From assembly GCA_032372955.1 (NCBI GenBank), contig GCA_032372955.1_4725.1: a stretch of DNA of 64,000 bases; one strand, written 5' to 3'. Positions 1 to 9,986 of the stretch are shown here, in pieces; within the stretch, counting starts at the first letter, position 1; every line of letters begins with the position of its first letter. Origin of the DNA: Escherichia coli (GTDB lineage: Bacteria > Pseudomonadota > Gammaproteobacteria > Enterobacterales > Enterobacteriaceae). Position numbers and translations under genes: made by a program. Under the pieces are notes generated by a model. It was not told where the DNA came from. It searched no databases and worked only from the letters and a program-made list of their open reading frames with translations.

Positions 1-1
1 T

Positions 2-715
2 GGTGGCGTAGACACGCTGAAAAGCAACATCGATACCTTCAATCAGATGTTCCTTAAATCAGATGGTTATTCGGTTATTGATGGTTTAGGATTAAACATC
101 ATCGACTTCCATTTAGATATGGTTGAAAAACTTCCCGTTGATTATCTGTCTTTCTTGCACGCTGTCAAATCGACACTGGAAAATCGCGGTTCCGTGGAAG
201 GTGCTGACGTTATCACCCCGACGGTTTCCGGAAAACGTATCCGCTACATCAACGGCGCAGTCTTCTTGAAAGAATTCGACGCATCAAAAGACAATATCAT
301 CGATGCGGTTAAACGTTACCTCGACTTGGATATTGTCGTTGACGATGTTGAATGGGATAACGATCCAGAAACGTACGTCCTACCGACACCTGACGATTTG
401 CGTAGCGTTCGACAACTGACGTTCGCGAAAGATCTGTTGATGGTAACAAAACGCGGACGCGCTTTCTCTGAGATATTCTCTCGCAATAAAATCCGTACCA
501 TGGAGCGCATCCAGGAAATCACCATGAAACGCTTCAACGAGCAGAATTTTGATGCGAGCTACCAACAGTACATCGAGATCTATCCTAAGCTCGTTAAGCG
601 TGCGATTCTGCTTTGCGGTAAAGAGAACCGTATTGAAAACCAATTCGCTTACCAATATCTTCGTGCATTGACCTCATTTATCAACACTCTCGTTAAAGCT
701 TATACCAAAGGTTAA
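2..715 (+). CDS. hypothetical protein, 5' end outside window
   Basis: The frame is open from base 2, with no stop before the first in-window ATG (47). The stop is at 713-715, 9 nt before the next gene. Confidence 0.6.
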   Translation, partial: GGVDTLKSNIDTFNQMFLKSDGYSVIDGLGLNIIDFHLDMVEKLPVDYLSFLHAVKSTLENRGSVEGADVITPTVSGKRIRYINGAVFLKEFDASKDNIIDAVKRYLDLDIVVDDVEWDNDPETYVLPTPDDLRSVRQLTFAKDLLMVTKRGRAFSEIFSRNKIRTMERIQEITMKRFNEQNFDASYQQYIEIYPKLVKRAILLCGKENRIENQFAYQYLRALTSFINTLVKAYTKG

Positions 716-724
716 GGAACTAAC

Positions 725-2014
725 ATGGCCCGCATCTCTCTTTTTGATAACGTCAATAAAAACGCATTCGAACTCGCTTTGCTGAGCGCCGAAGATCTTC
801 TTGCGACAATTCCAGCGGAGCAAAATGATCCCAACGCAGAAATCGAAGAGGACGAAGTTGAGTTGGTGATTCGACGCACCGACGAGACGATCGATGAATC
901 CAGCGAACTGGCTGAAATTGCAGTGCGTACTTCAGCAACGCTGGAAGATACCGCATACATGATCGCACCTACGATCCCTGAAGCACGTGCGAGCGACATC
1001 GCCCTTATCCGTCAGATTGCTTCGACGTCAGCAGCTAACCTGGGGATGTCTGATGAAGACATGTTCCAAGCTGACGATCGTTTGGTGGAAGGGCAAGCTA
1101 TTGTGCTGGAAGGCTTTAAAGAACGCGCCGCGCAAGCGTTATACGCAGTTTGGGTAATCATTGCGAACATGGCTGAACAGTTATGTAAGCTGATTCAGCT
1201 GCTTTTCAAAAACCTTGCGGTAGCGTATAAAAAAATTACCGATGTTGCAACCGCTGTAAATAAAGGCGAGCGTCACATCAAACAACTAAATAAACCGACC
1301 GGGAATATGATTAGCATGTTCCCTAACGCAAAAACGGTTAACGCGTTGGAGATTCGTAAACATATTGAGCAGTTGGCGGCATCCACACAAGCATCCTCTT
1401 TTTTACTACTCCAAACCGACGACATTAACAAGAAAGTTAATAAACTAACTGATTTGACGACACTTGCCGATATTCTGGACGATTATATTTACGCTATCAA
1501 GCCTGCGTTAAAAGGACTCAAAATACCAGAAAGCGGTGGGAAACGTTACGTCGTTAAAGGTCTCGACGCTCTTATGGCTGAGAAAGATACCATTAAGGCC
1601 TGCGCGCTCGTGAAGAATATTCAGATCGAAGTGGAAGAAACCGCGACTGGTAGTATCGAAAACGCGAACATTTTCAATAACGACGACGAATTGAAAGCCG
1701 CACTGACCTCGTATCTTAACGTATTTCGTATTGTTGACCCTGCATATTTCCGCCAGACCGAAAGTTTAACGAGTACTGTCGAACGTACTGCTAAACTAAA
1801 CGGTATGAAAATTAAAACTAAATGGGACGGTATGCTCGACAATCTGCCGGAAGCAGATCGTGAAACCGTTCGTCCTTATATAAGCGCCATCTCAGAAATG
1901 GCGCGCTTGAGCGCGGTATTAGCAGCTAAGATCCTCCGTGTTGCTAACCGTCAATATGCGGATGCTGTATTTGCTGCTGCGAAATACTTCGATGCCGTAA
2001 CCGAAAAAGCATAA
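725..2014 (+). CDS. paralog family A protein (possibly a processed head/virion-internal protein; function unproven)
   Basis: 429-aa ORF with AAGGA 6 nt upstream of the ATG. It shares VIRRTDE, IRQIASTSAANLGM and LEGF+amphipathic-helix motifs with the ORFs at 2163, 3448 and 4570. Confidence 0.55.
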   Translation: MARISLFDNVNKNAFELALLSAEDLLATIPAEQNDPNAEIEEDEVELVIRRTDETIDESSELAEIAVRTSATLEDTAYMIAPTIPEARASDIALIRQIASTSAANLGMSDEDMFQADDRLVEGQAIVLEGFKERAAQALYAVWVIIANMAEQLCKLIQLLFKNLAVAYKKITDVATAVNKGERHIKQLNKPTGNMISMFPNAKTVNALEIRKHIEQLAASTQASSFLLLQTDDINKKVNKLTDLTTLADILDDYIYAIKPALKGLKIPESGGKRYVVKGLDALMAEKDTIKACALVKNIQIEVEETATGSIENANIFNNDDELKAALTSYLNVFRIVDPAYFRQTESLTSTVERTAKLNGMKIKTKWDGMLDNLPEADRETVRPYISAISEMARLSAVLAAKILRVANRQYADAVFAAAKYFDAVTEKA

Positions 2015-2024
2015 CCACCATGTC

Positions 2025-2056
2025 CCTTCCTCCAACCCAACAGGGAAGGAGGAAGG
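2025..2056. terminator. conserved Y/R hairpin, copy 1 (inverted orientation, A:A mismatch type)
   Basis: ccttcctccaaccc-aaca-gggaaggaggaagg, followed by tttatg. It lies after gene 725-2014. Confidence 0.7.
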
Positions 2057-2162
2057 TTTATGGCGTTGGTATCCGGTTATCTTTTGACTTCTGAATCAAC
2101 GGTTCAGAAGGTAAATGGCGGACATGATCACCCGCCAAGATTTTCCTACGTAGGAGTTCCAA

Positions 2163-3464
2163 ATGGAAAACGTGTTACAACAACCCATGACATCGTTGTT
2201 TCAAGGGATTGATGATGAACCTGTAGAATCGTTCGGTATCGCTGGCAACGTTCTCGATGCCAGTAATATTGAGAATCAGTTTCACTCAATCGACGAAACA
2301 AACACGGTGATGAAAGAAGGTGAACAACACCTTCAAACATTAAATAAACTCAGGCTGGATATTGTCCCAAACATGGCTGAAGTTGAAGAACGCGATATCA
2401 GCACCATCAAACATATCGCATCGACCGCAGCAGCCGGAATGGGAATGGACCCAAACCACATCATCGAGGGCCTGGAAGAGGAAACTTCCAGCGGGATGAG
2501 CTTGAACATGGAAAGTTTTGACAAGACCGCAAAAGAAGCAACCCGAGCATTATGGCTTTACATGAACGAATTGTACCGCTACGCGATCGATATCTGCAAT
2601 CGTTGTTATCGTCGATTCGTTCGTCAGGTGAAGCCGTTATTAAAGAAAGCGGCTGCGTTGAAAACTATTTCCGAATACGATGTTAATGAAGATAACGCAT
2701 TCTGGGAGAACTTTCCTTACAACTGGCGATATCTTCATCCGAAAGGCGGTGCGGTAAACAGTATTGCTGATCTACGGCAAACCGCAGAAAACATCGTAAT
2801 GAACACAGGAATCCTCGCAGCATGGCATCGTCAACTCGATCCGTTATTAATGCAGCTACTAAAAGCACCGTCAGTGGATAACAAAGAAGGTATCGCTGCA
2901 GAAAACGAAGCCTGTTGGGAGAATATTCTCGAGGTCATCAACGATGCGTTATGCGAGAAGCCGTTAAAGCCTACCGGAACAGACGATATCGTCGTTGACG
3001 TACCTGTTGGTGCTTCCTATCTTAAAGTACACAACATCGAAGACGCAACAGGAACGCAATTCAGCGTTGTGTGGGAAGCCGTATCTTTCCAATCGGCAAA
3101 AGATGGATTCCGTTTCTTACCGTTAAACGATGTTATCGACGGAACCAACGCGATCATCAACGCATTAAGTACGTTATGGTCTACGCTACGACAGTTGGAA
3201 TTTAAACGTTGTCTTGAAGCAAGCCTTGCCGACCAGGACGAATGGATTCAACCTTACGAGCGTTTGCTACAACAGATGGACAACAACGATACCGCATCAT
3301 CCGCTATCGTTCAACGTGTGGGTATCGCGCGTAACGTCGTCGGCTTCCAGGCGGTTGCTTTTGCCCGATTCCTGTTAACTGTCTGCGACGTCATCGACGG
3401 TCTTAACGATTATCTTGACGCGCATCTCGAACTTGAGGAAACCAGCAATGCTGCAGACCTATGA
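2163..3464 (+). CDS. paralog family A protein (function unproven)
   Basis: 433-aa ORF with AGGAG upstream. IKHIASTAAAGMGM and MESFDKTAKEATRALW align with IRQIASTSAANLGM and LEGFKERAAQALYAVW of ORF 725. Confidence 0.55.
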   Translation: MENVLQQPMTSLFQGIDDEPVESFGIAGNVLDASNIENQFHSIDETNTVMKEGEQHLQTLNKLRLDIVPNMAEVEERDISTIKHIASTAAAGMGMDPNHIIEGLEEETSSGMSLNMESFDKTAKEATRALWLYMNELYRYAIDICNRCYRRFVRQVKPLLKKAAALKTISEYDVNEDNAFWENFPYNWRYLHPKGGAVNSIADLRQTAENIVMNTGILAAWHRQLDPLLMQLLKAPSVDNKEGIAAENEACWENILEVINDALCEKPLKPTGTDDIVVDVPVGASYLKVHNIEDATGTQFSVVWEAVSFQSAKDGFRFLPLNDVIDGTNAIINALSTLWSTLRQLEFKRCLEASLADQDEWIQPYERLLQQMDNNDTASSAIVQRVGIARNVVGFQAVAFARFLLTVCDVIDGLNDYLDAHLELEETSNAADL

Positions 3465-4554
3465 TGGACAGATTCAAGCGTTAAGCTTGTTAAAAACATT
3501 ACCTGTGCCAGAGACAGCAACGCAACGACAAATTCACCAGCTTATTTATCAGCAGGCGGGCGGTATGCTGCCGACCAGTTATACCACAGAAAGTGCTGAT
3601 CTCCTCACGATGGAATCGTACAATCAGCTTGCGATGAAAATTATCAAAGCTATCATCGATGCGATCTGGACAACGTTGCGGAACATTACTGCGTTTATCG
3701 CCAGGTTTATCGATCGTAGTCGCGCACTACAGCTCGAACTCAGCAATATCCGTCGTCACTACACAAAAGCCGTTGGTCGTAAACCCATCGCGCAAAGCTT
3801 CGAAGCTTCGACGACGCTGGCCCCACACTTACGGTATGGGAACAGTTTTGGGTTCGATTTCACAACCGGGAATACGCTATACAAACAGAATTTAGCAATC
3901 GCTGAATATCTCTTGTCTTCGTCGTTCCGTGATGATTTCAAGCAGTTCGCTAATACGTTAGATAGAGCGCTCGACATTATCTTAAAACAGACGGATACCG
4001 CATTAATCGATGTGATTAACCGTGATGCGTACACGTTATTGCATAAAGTCTACAGTACGCTGAACGAATCGAGACTTGTCAATGTAACGTTACTGGGCAA
4101 CCGTACGCTACGACTCGATCAGGTTACCGCCTCAGGTTCCGGATCAATTCAACAGTCCCTCGCCATTCAATCTGCACGGTTTGAAGTCCAGGATGTACCG
4201 TCCATTGAACGGGATATGGTGGTTACAACGCCAACATTAGAACAAGTTGGTGTGCTACTCGAGTCTGTAAATACGGGTGTTGATTTGCTGGTTAGTTACC
4301 ATCGTAAAAAGTACGCCAACGAGTTACTCGAAATCGCAGGGAATCTACAAGCAAAACTTAACGACGTTTATCGTCAACAAGGTCAGTTGTCAGTTGCTAC
4401 TGCTTCTGATGATGCTATGGTAGCCCTTTCTCGATACCTTACAGCGTATACCGCGTGGATCAAGGTGCCGCTTGTGGGCTATGCCGAGTTCTTTACGAAT
4501 TCAACAGCGGCTATGCTTGATGTCTCTCGCGAGGCGCTGAAATATTACTTTTAA
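3448..4554 (+). CDS. paralog family A protein (function unproven)
   Basis: I moved the start to ATG 3448 (GAGGAA 7 nt upstream); the track start is 3415. It overlaps the previous gene by 17 nt. It carries TMESYNQLAMKIIKAIIDAIW, matching the family ME[SG][FY]-helix motif. Confidence 0.5.
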   Translation: MLQTYDGQIQALSLLKTLPVPETATQRQIHQLIYQQAGGMLPTSYTTESADLLTMESYNQLAMKIIKAIIDAIWTTLRNITAFIARFIDRSRALQLELSNIRRHYTKAVGRKPIAQSFEASTTLAPHLRYGNSFGFDFTTGNTLYKQNLAIAEYLLSSSFRDDFKQFANTLDRALDIILKQTDTALIDVINRDAYTLLHKVYSTLNESRLVNVTLLGNRTLRLDQVTASGSGSIQQSLAIQSARFEVQDVPSIERDMVVTTPTLEQVGVLLESVNTGVDLLVSYHRKKYANELLEIAGNLQAKLNDVYRQQGQLSVATASDDAMVALSRYLTAYTAWIKVPLVGYAEFFTNSTAAMLDVSREALKYYF

Positions 4555-4569
4555 GAGGAATAACGCTTT

Positions 4570-7500
4570 ATGAAAAAATCGTTAGCTGATCTGATGCGTA
4601 AGTCGCATCTTAACCTGGAAAGCGGCGATACACCTATCGAAGTCAAAGCAACGCTTTCTACCGATAAAGAAGAGCAAGTGATCGCATTACCTACAGCGGC
4701 ACGGCCAGACAGCATCGAAGCGACGATCGAATCAGATACGCTCGAGGAAGGGGCTACCGTTGATGACGCCGTTCGTGTGATTCGTAGCACGGATGAGAAC
4801 GGTGAGGATGTCGTACGTGCTGTTATTGTGACCCGTCCTATTGATGGTAGTTTACGAATTCGTTTCACACCGAGCAGCGGTGGTGTGACCATGGAAGACG
4901 GTAACGATGTTCAACCGTTCGTTCTGATCGCGGTACCGACCGCACCTGGCGAAGAGCCGAAGAACCCATATCCGGCAAACGCGCCAACCGAAACACCGGC
5001 ACCGAAAGTGACCAATGATCCGACCGTTAACGCTGACCGTGACAACCTGAAGAACAAGATTCAGGATGCGGCTAACGCCATCGACCCGACCAACCCAGCA
5101 CAAATCGAACAGGCAGCACAACCTGCGGAAACCACCGAAGGTGTTAAAGGTAACGTCGTCGAACCGGAAAAAGCAGAACCTGTTGCTGAAACAGCGGCTG
5201 CGGCAGCCGAGGTGACGCCAGAAACCAAAACAACGGAAGAACCCATCAAAGTCACCGTGATTAAACGTGTCGTGGAGAAAGTAGAAAAGGTTGAAGATAA
5301 CGTCGCTGACGAACAACCTGTTGTCGACGCTAATGACGGTAATACCGGTGAGCAGAAAGCCGAAGCAGTTGCCCAGGAAACAGAACTGCAAGGCGATGTT
5401 GAGGTCGATAACGCTGACGAAACACCCACCGAGGACAGCACCACCGAACCTGCGTCCGAAGAACCTGCTAACACCGACGCTGACGCTGGTACCACCGACG
5501 ACACAACCACCAAGGGTGATGAAAACACCAAAGGTGACGATGATGAAGACGACGAAAACGAAGAAGATGAAGATCTGAAACAAGAGTCGTTCGAAATTCA
5601 TCAAGAGCTGGAAGCCCGTGGTGTATTAGATGTTCCTGTTGTTGAACAGCGCGCATCGGTTATTCTCGGTGAAGGTGAAACAGATGTAACCGTCATTGAA
5701 ACAGAACAACCGTACATTCCTGGCACCATGGTGGTACGTCGTCTTGATGGGGATAAGAGTGTTATTGTTCGCCGTACTCGTTACGCTGAACGCTTTAACG
5801 CTGATGGTCAGGGTGAAGCGATCGCCATTGTCGACCCTACTCTGCAAGGCGAACTGAAAATGGAATTCCGTCCGGCTGAAGGTCCGATGGAAAGCTTCGA
5901 GATTCGTCCTGAAATCAAAGACGAATACATCATGGAATCGTACAAACAGCTTGATATCGCACTGAATAGCGATCTCAATCTGGAAGACGGGGAAAAGCAA
6001 CCAGGTCGCTTTAAACAGATTCTGAAATCGGTTTACGAAGCGGTCGCGAAGTTCTTAAAAGCCCTCGTGGCACGTTTGAAAAATCTCTTTGGTGTTAATA
6101 AGAAAAAAATCGAAGGGAAGGCCAACAAGCTGACCAAAGAACAACGCACAGCACCGGTGATGAAACTGCTTCCTCCGCCGAGTAATACTTCGGATGAAAA
6201 GAAAGTCAACGTCGAATGGAACAAACTCGATACGCTGCTTGCGAACGACGCTAAATCCGTCGATAAAATCGTAAACGCGGTAAAAGACAGCAAACGTATC
6301 GCTGAAGCATCCCGTAAGTTCTTCGACCAGCTGAAGGATCTTAAAGAAGGCGAAAGTCCAAACGCTGATACGGACATGCTGACAGCAACAACAATGTCTG
6401 GCGTGGCCGCGTTCGGACATAGCGCCGACGCCGCTTTAGACGGTATTCGTAAGTTCCGTGACGAACTTAGCGCCATGAAACAGCAGGATGATGCTGTACC
6501 GTCTAACGTTAGCGTTGATATGCTGATCGATGCGTCAACGAAACTGTTTAACGAAGACCTTCTGAAAGCAGCTACACAACTTCAGGAGACAGCTGAACGG
6601 CTAATCCGTGACCTCGATAAGAGCGGTAGCGATTATGATGTTGGCTACATCGTTAAACGCACGCGCACACTGATGAACTTTGCGACAACAGCATGCACCG
6701 TCTACGGATTCGCTGCGAAAGAACTCGGCGATGTTACCGTTCGTATACTCACCGCTGTTGCAGCGGCTGATAACGGCGATCTCAAACAGGAAGAGTACCA
6801 GGATGTTGCTGGTGAAAACGATCCGGTTGTAACCGTCGAGACATTGGAAGGCGATGCTGGTACTCGTGTTGTTGCTGAGGCGGAAATCGTTGACGATCCT
6901 GCGGTGGTGGAATTCGTTGAGCGTGCTGAAGAAGCGCAGCGAAATCTGGCTATCGGTCGCCATGCGGTGAGCGCGGTGGAAGGTATTCTGGTAGCGGCAC
7001 GCGAGATCGGTCCTGATAACTTCCAGGGTAACGTCGAAGCTACCGAAATTGCGATGGAAGGATTCATGGATACCGTTAAGAGTGCGGTCAACCGTATCGG
7101 TAACTGGATTGAAACCAACCACCGTTACTATACCGCCGCTACGGCTCCATGGGATAAGCTGTTCGCCGAAACGCAGCAAGCGCTGGCCAAAGCGCGTCGC
7201 GGTAACCCAGCAGCGGAACGGATTATTCTGAAACGTTTCATCCGTCATCTTACCATCGGTGGTGAACCTGTTACCGATGTGAAGAAGCTCATCGCTGCGT
7301 TGGGTGAAATCAAAATGCTTGGTAACATGACGCGTGAATTAATCGTTGCTATCGATCGTGAACTCAGCGAAGTGCGGAAGAGCAACCAGTCCGAAACATC
7401 CGCTGGATCGGTTGTTGGTCTGAAGCGTATTCCTATTCAGAAATGGGATAAGCTTATGGTCGCTACCGTACAGCCGTGGAAAGACAGCGATCGTAAAGGC

Positions 7501-7956
7501 GTTGGGTCTAAAGCGTATCTTGGTGAAACGCACATCGTGAAGGTGAGCGCGACCTATGCGACAACGCGTAACAACCCGAACGAGGAAGCAGCGAAACTGA
7601 TGCAGTGGATCTACACCGGTATCAATCGCCAGTTTACGGTTTCTGACGACCTCACCAGTGAGGAATTACCGGTAGCCACTATCAGTGAACTGGAGGCAGT
7701 GCTGCGTGCGGCTCGTGAAGCGCATGAAGCTTGGCTTATTGCTGACAACGCCATGCAGACCCTGCGTTCAATCGATAAATTCCTGGATAGCGAACTCAAC
7801 GTTGAGAACGATGTTAATAATGTCGTTAACTACGGTATTGTTCTCGGCCTGGAAGATTGGTTGTTCCATCCGGCATTGACGTTATGGCAACAGTTCAATA
7901 AACCGATGCAAGCGGTGCTTTTCCTTATCAAAGCCCATTGCGGTGCCTACAAGTAA
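4570..7956 (+). CDS. large (1128 aa) family A-related protein with an acidic, P/T/E-rich low-complexity segment
   Basis: AGAGGA RBS. The N-terminus has VIRSTDENGED, as in ORF 725. It contains MESFEI, IMESYKQL and AMEGFMDTVKSAVNRIGNW motifs. There is a low-complexity region at roughly nt 4927-5590, including DDDEDDENEEDED. Confidence 0.6.
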   Translation: MKKSLADLMRKSHLNLESGDTPIEVKATLSTDKEEQVIALPTAARPDSIEATIESDTLEEGATVDDAVRVIRSTDENGEDVVRAVIVTRPIDGSLRIRFTPSSGGVTMEDGNDVQPFVLIAVPTAPGEEPKNPYPANAPTETPAPKVTNDPTVNADRDNLKNKIQDAANAIDPTNPAQIEQAAQPAETTEGVKGNVVEPEKAEPVAETAAAAAEVTPETKTTEEPIKVTVIKRVVEKVEKVEDNVADEQPVVDANDGNTGEQKAEAVAQETELQGDVEVDNADETPTEDSTTEPASEEPANTDADAGTTDDTTTKGDENTKGDDDEDDENEEDEDLKQESFEIHQELEARGVLDVPVVEQRASVILGEGETDVTVIETEQPYIPGTMVVRRLDGDKSVIVRRTRYAERFNADGQGEAIAIVDPTLQGELKMEFRPAEGPMESFEIRPEIKDEYIMESYKQLDIALNSDLNLEDGEKQPGRFKQILKSVYEAVAKFLKALVARLKNLFGVNKKKIEGKANKLTKEQRTAPVMKLLPPPSNTSDEKKVNVEWNKLDTLLANDAKSVDKIVNAVKDSKRIAEASRKFFDQLKDLKEGESPNADTDMLTATTMSGVAAFGHSADAALDGIRKFRDELSAMKQQDDAVPSNVSVDMLIDASTKLFNEDLLKAATQLQETAERLIRDLDKSGSDYDVGYIVKRTRTLMNFATTACTVYGFAAKELGDVTVRILTAVAAADNGDLKQEEYQDVAGENDPVVTVETLEGDAGTRVVAEAEIVDDPAVVEFVERAEEAQRNLAIGRHAVSAVEGILVAAREIGPDNFQGNVEATEIAMEGFMDTVKSAVNRIGNWIETNHRYYTAATAPWDKLFAETQQALAKARRGNPAAERIILKRFIRHLTIGGEPVTDVKKLIAALGEIKMLGNMTRELIVAIDRELSEVRKSNQSETSAGSVVGLKRIPIQKWDKLMVATVQPWKDSDRKGVGSKAYLGETHIVKVSATYATTRNNPNEEAAKLMQWIYTGINRQFTVSDDLTSEELPVATISELEAVLRAAREAHEAWLIADNAMQTLRSIDKFLDSELNVENDVNNVVNYGIVLGLEDWLFHPALTLWQQFNKPMQAVLFLIKAHCGAYK

Positions 7957-7971
7957 TCCGTGCACATAAAC

Positions 7972-7998
7972 AGCCCGCCCTTCGGGGTGGGCTTTATG
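7972..7998 (+). terminator. rho-independent-type hairpin (UUCG loop) followed by TTATGCTGTC
   Basis: agcccgccc-ttcg-gggtgggct, then ttatgctgtc. It lies 16 nt after the stop of gene 4570-7956. Confidence 0.7.
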
Positions 7999-8044
7999 CT
8001 GTCGACCATCATGTGATATCTTATCTTTCAAACAGGAATCTGCG

Positions 8045-8428
8045 ATGACACGTGAAGCAAAATTTCTTTCACTCGCACTTAACGGTGCGCAGCAACAGAC
8101 ATGCTTGGTAGCGGCGTGCCCGCGACATTCAGTACCCGGTATGTATATTTGCCGTATTAACCCACATACCGCACACGAAACCGTCGTGCAGATTCCTGTT
8201 GCGGCACTACCGGAAGGTACCATCAAACCAATCATCCAAGGATTGCCGTTAGAAGCGCTATACGCTGTTTTAAACAACGAAATAGAAACATTAATGGAAA
8301 CGTCCAATGAAACAGATAAAACGCGTCTAGGGCTTGTTAGAGAGCTTCTACATAGCAGTCTGATTCATTATACCGGATATCGACAACAAGGAGGTGAGGA
8401 AATTAGCGAGGACGACACCGATGCCTAA
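8045..8428 (+). CDS. hypothetical protein
   Basis: 127-aa ORF with AGGAA 6 nt upstream. It is the first gene of a five-gene translationally coupled block. Confidence 0.55.
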   Translation: MTREAKFLSLALNGAQQQTCLVAACPRHSVPGMYICRINPHTAHETVVQIPVAALPEGTIKPIIQGLPLEALYAVLNNEIETLMETSNETDKTRLGLVRELLHSSLIHYTGYRQQGGEEISEDDTDA

Positions 8429-9986
8429 ACTTGATCGAAAAATCAATGACGTATACGCGACGGTAACACGTCCGGTTGCAATCGCGGTGTTACGGCAGAT
8501 CAGCGAGCTTTGCGGATGGGATTATAATCGGGAGAACATTCTTTTTCGAGGGGAAGCGCTTCACGCTAAAATGAGCGCTGCGAACGAGCAACCGCCGCAA
8601 GTTGTTGATCAGGATGTAAAAGGGCCTGCTGACGGGTTTATCCAAATTGAGCTTAATATTGTCCCTGAAGAACAGGCGTCTATGTACGATACCGTTTACA
8701 AACGAAACAGTCTTCCCGTATTCGAAGACCGTAACCTTGGCGTATCGTTAGTACCTGTTTACAGTACAATGGTTGCGACCATGCAGATCACCAAACGGTT
8801 CGAGGATCAGGTCACCGCCGAACGTTGGTGGTACGACATGAAACGTTTGCTGACAAGCCAGCACGTCGCTGCCTTTCTTAGCGCTGAATACAGCTATGCG
8901 ATCCCAACACAGTTTCTCATGCTGTTAAAAGTTATCCACACACACCGAGAAGCAATAGCGGGTTACGGGGATAAGTTCAGCGAATACCTTAGAGACGGGT
9001 TCGACAACCGTGCAACCACCATGACGACAGTTGCCGGTGACGGTAAGAGCGTTAAATTGGTTATCAGGGAAATGCAAGAAGAGATCTCTGGCCAATTTGA
9101 TTTCACCGACGCACCAAAACCCGAGAAGAATGAGAACAGTTCTTCGTACAACGCAACCTTCTCTTACCGTTACACGTACGACACACCAACACACATCGTA
9201 GCACGGTATCCTGTTCAAGTACACCAACAGATACTCCCCGAAGAGTACCTTTACAAACCGAGCCTCTCGGTGCGTGATAAATCCCGTGCGCGTCGTGGTG
9301 GTATGGTGGTGCAGTATCAGGACATTCTTCGTGATTCGTTCTTGCCGGAGCAGGGTGCGTCGATTCAAGCGTATCGGTATCCTGATCTGGATGAATGGCT
9401 ACCGCCATCGAGCGTGGAAACCGAGCTTCCATCATGTACGCTTTTCACCGCACTGCTTGCTATCGATCCCGAACAACCTAACCTGTTGGTGACGTTGGAC
9501 TCGTTAGCCGAAGAAGGTGAATTCCATCCCGATCTTGTTCGGTGGTTCCGCGAGTACCCGGAATGGTCAAAATGCCATTACCAATCTCCTTTTTTCCTTG
9601 AGGTTTGGAAGGGTAAATACCGCTACGCAAGAGACGCGTGGACATTAACCGACGTTGGCGATCTTGAAGCGAAAGATCCGTTAGACTTACGGAGTGATTA
9701 CCACGTTCGTCTGGCGATACTGTTAGATTTAAGTCAGTTACAGGTTGAAACACTTGAAGCGTTGTGTTGTTATCCCAATCTGGTGGATGAACTGTTTGCG
9801 GTATTAGGTTTAGATAAAAAGTACTGGCCTAAGAAGAACAGTCGGGGATGCTATACGCTAATCGGGCTTATCGAAGCCATCAAACGTATCCCAACAACCG
9901 CTTCGTGGTTCAAACATCGTAGTTTATTCGTGCCGAGAATTCTTGTCGGTACCATCGTAGGAGTGAAACGCTATGGCGCTCGCTAA
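8421..9986 (+). CDS. hypothetical protein (likely structural; coupled block)
   Basis: I chose ATG 8421 as the start; it overlaps the upstream stop by 8 nt. The track start is 8394. Long ORF with no recognisable catalytic motifs. Confidence 0.6.
   Translation: MPKLDRKINDVYATVTRPVAIAVLRQISELCGWDYNRENILFRGEALHAKMSAANEQPPQVVDQDVKGPADGFIQIELNIVPEEQASMYDTVYKRNSLPVFEDRNLGVSLVPVYSTMVATMQITKRFEDQVTAERWWYDMKRLLTSQHVAAFLSAEYSYAIPTQFLMLLKVIHTHREAIAGYGDKFSEYLRDGFDNRATTMTTVAGDGKSVKLVIREMQEEISGQFDFTDAPKPEKNENSSSYNATFSYRYTYDTPTHIVARYPVQVHQQILPEEYLYKPSLSVRDKSRARRGGMVVQYQDILRDSFLPEQGASIQAYRYPDLDEWLPPSSVETELPSCTLFTALLAIDPEQPNLLVTLDSLAEEGEFHPDLVRWFREYPEWSKCHYQSPFFLEVWKGKYRYARDAWTLTDVGDLEAKDPLDLRSDYHVRLAILLDLSQLQVETLEALCCYPNLVDELFAVLGLDKKYWPKKNSRGCYTLIGLIEAIKRIPTTASWFKHRSLFVPRILVGTIVGVKRYGAR

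Noticed and set aside
4852-7248. Long antisense or alternative-frame ORFs (4852-5604, 5061-5531, 5626-6000, 6033-6476, 6601-7248) inside the 1128-aa gene.
   Set aside because: All are nested in a much longer ORF that has a good RBS and paralog support. They arise in low-complexity, GA-rich sequence, and none has a convincing start context.
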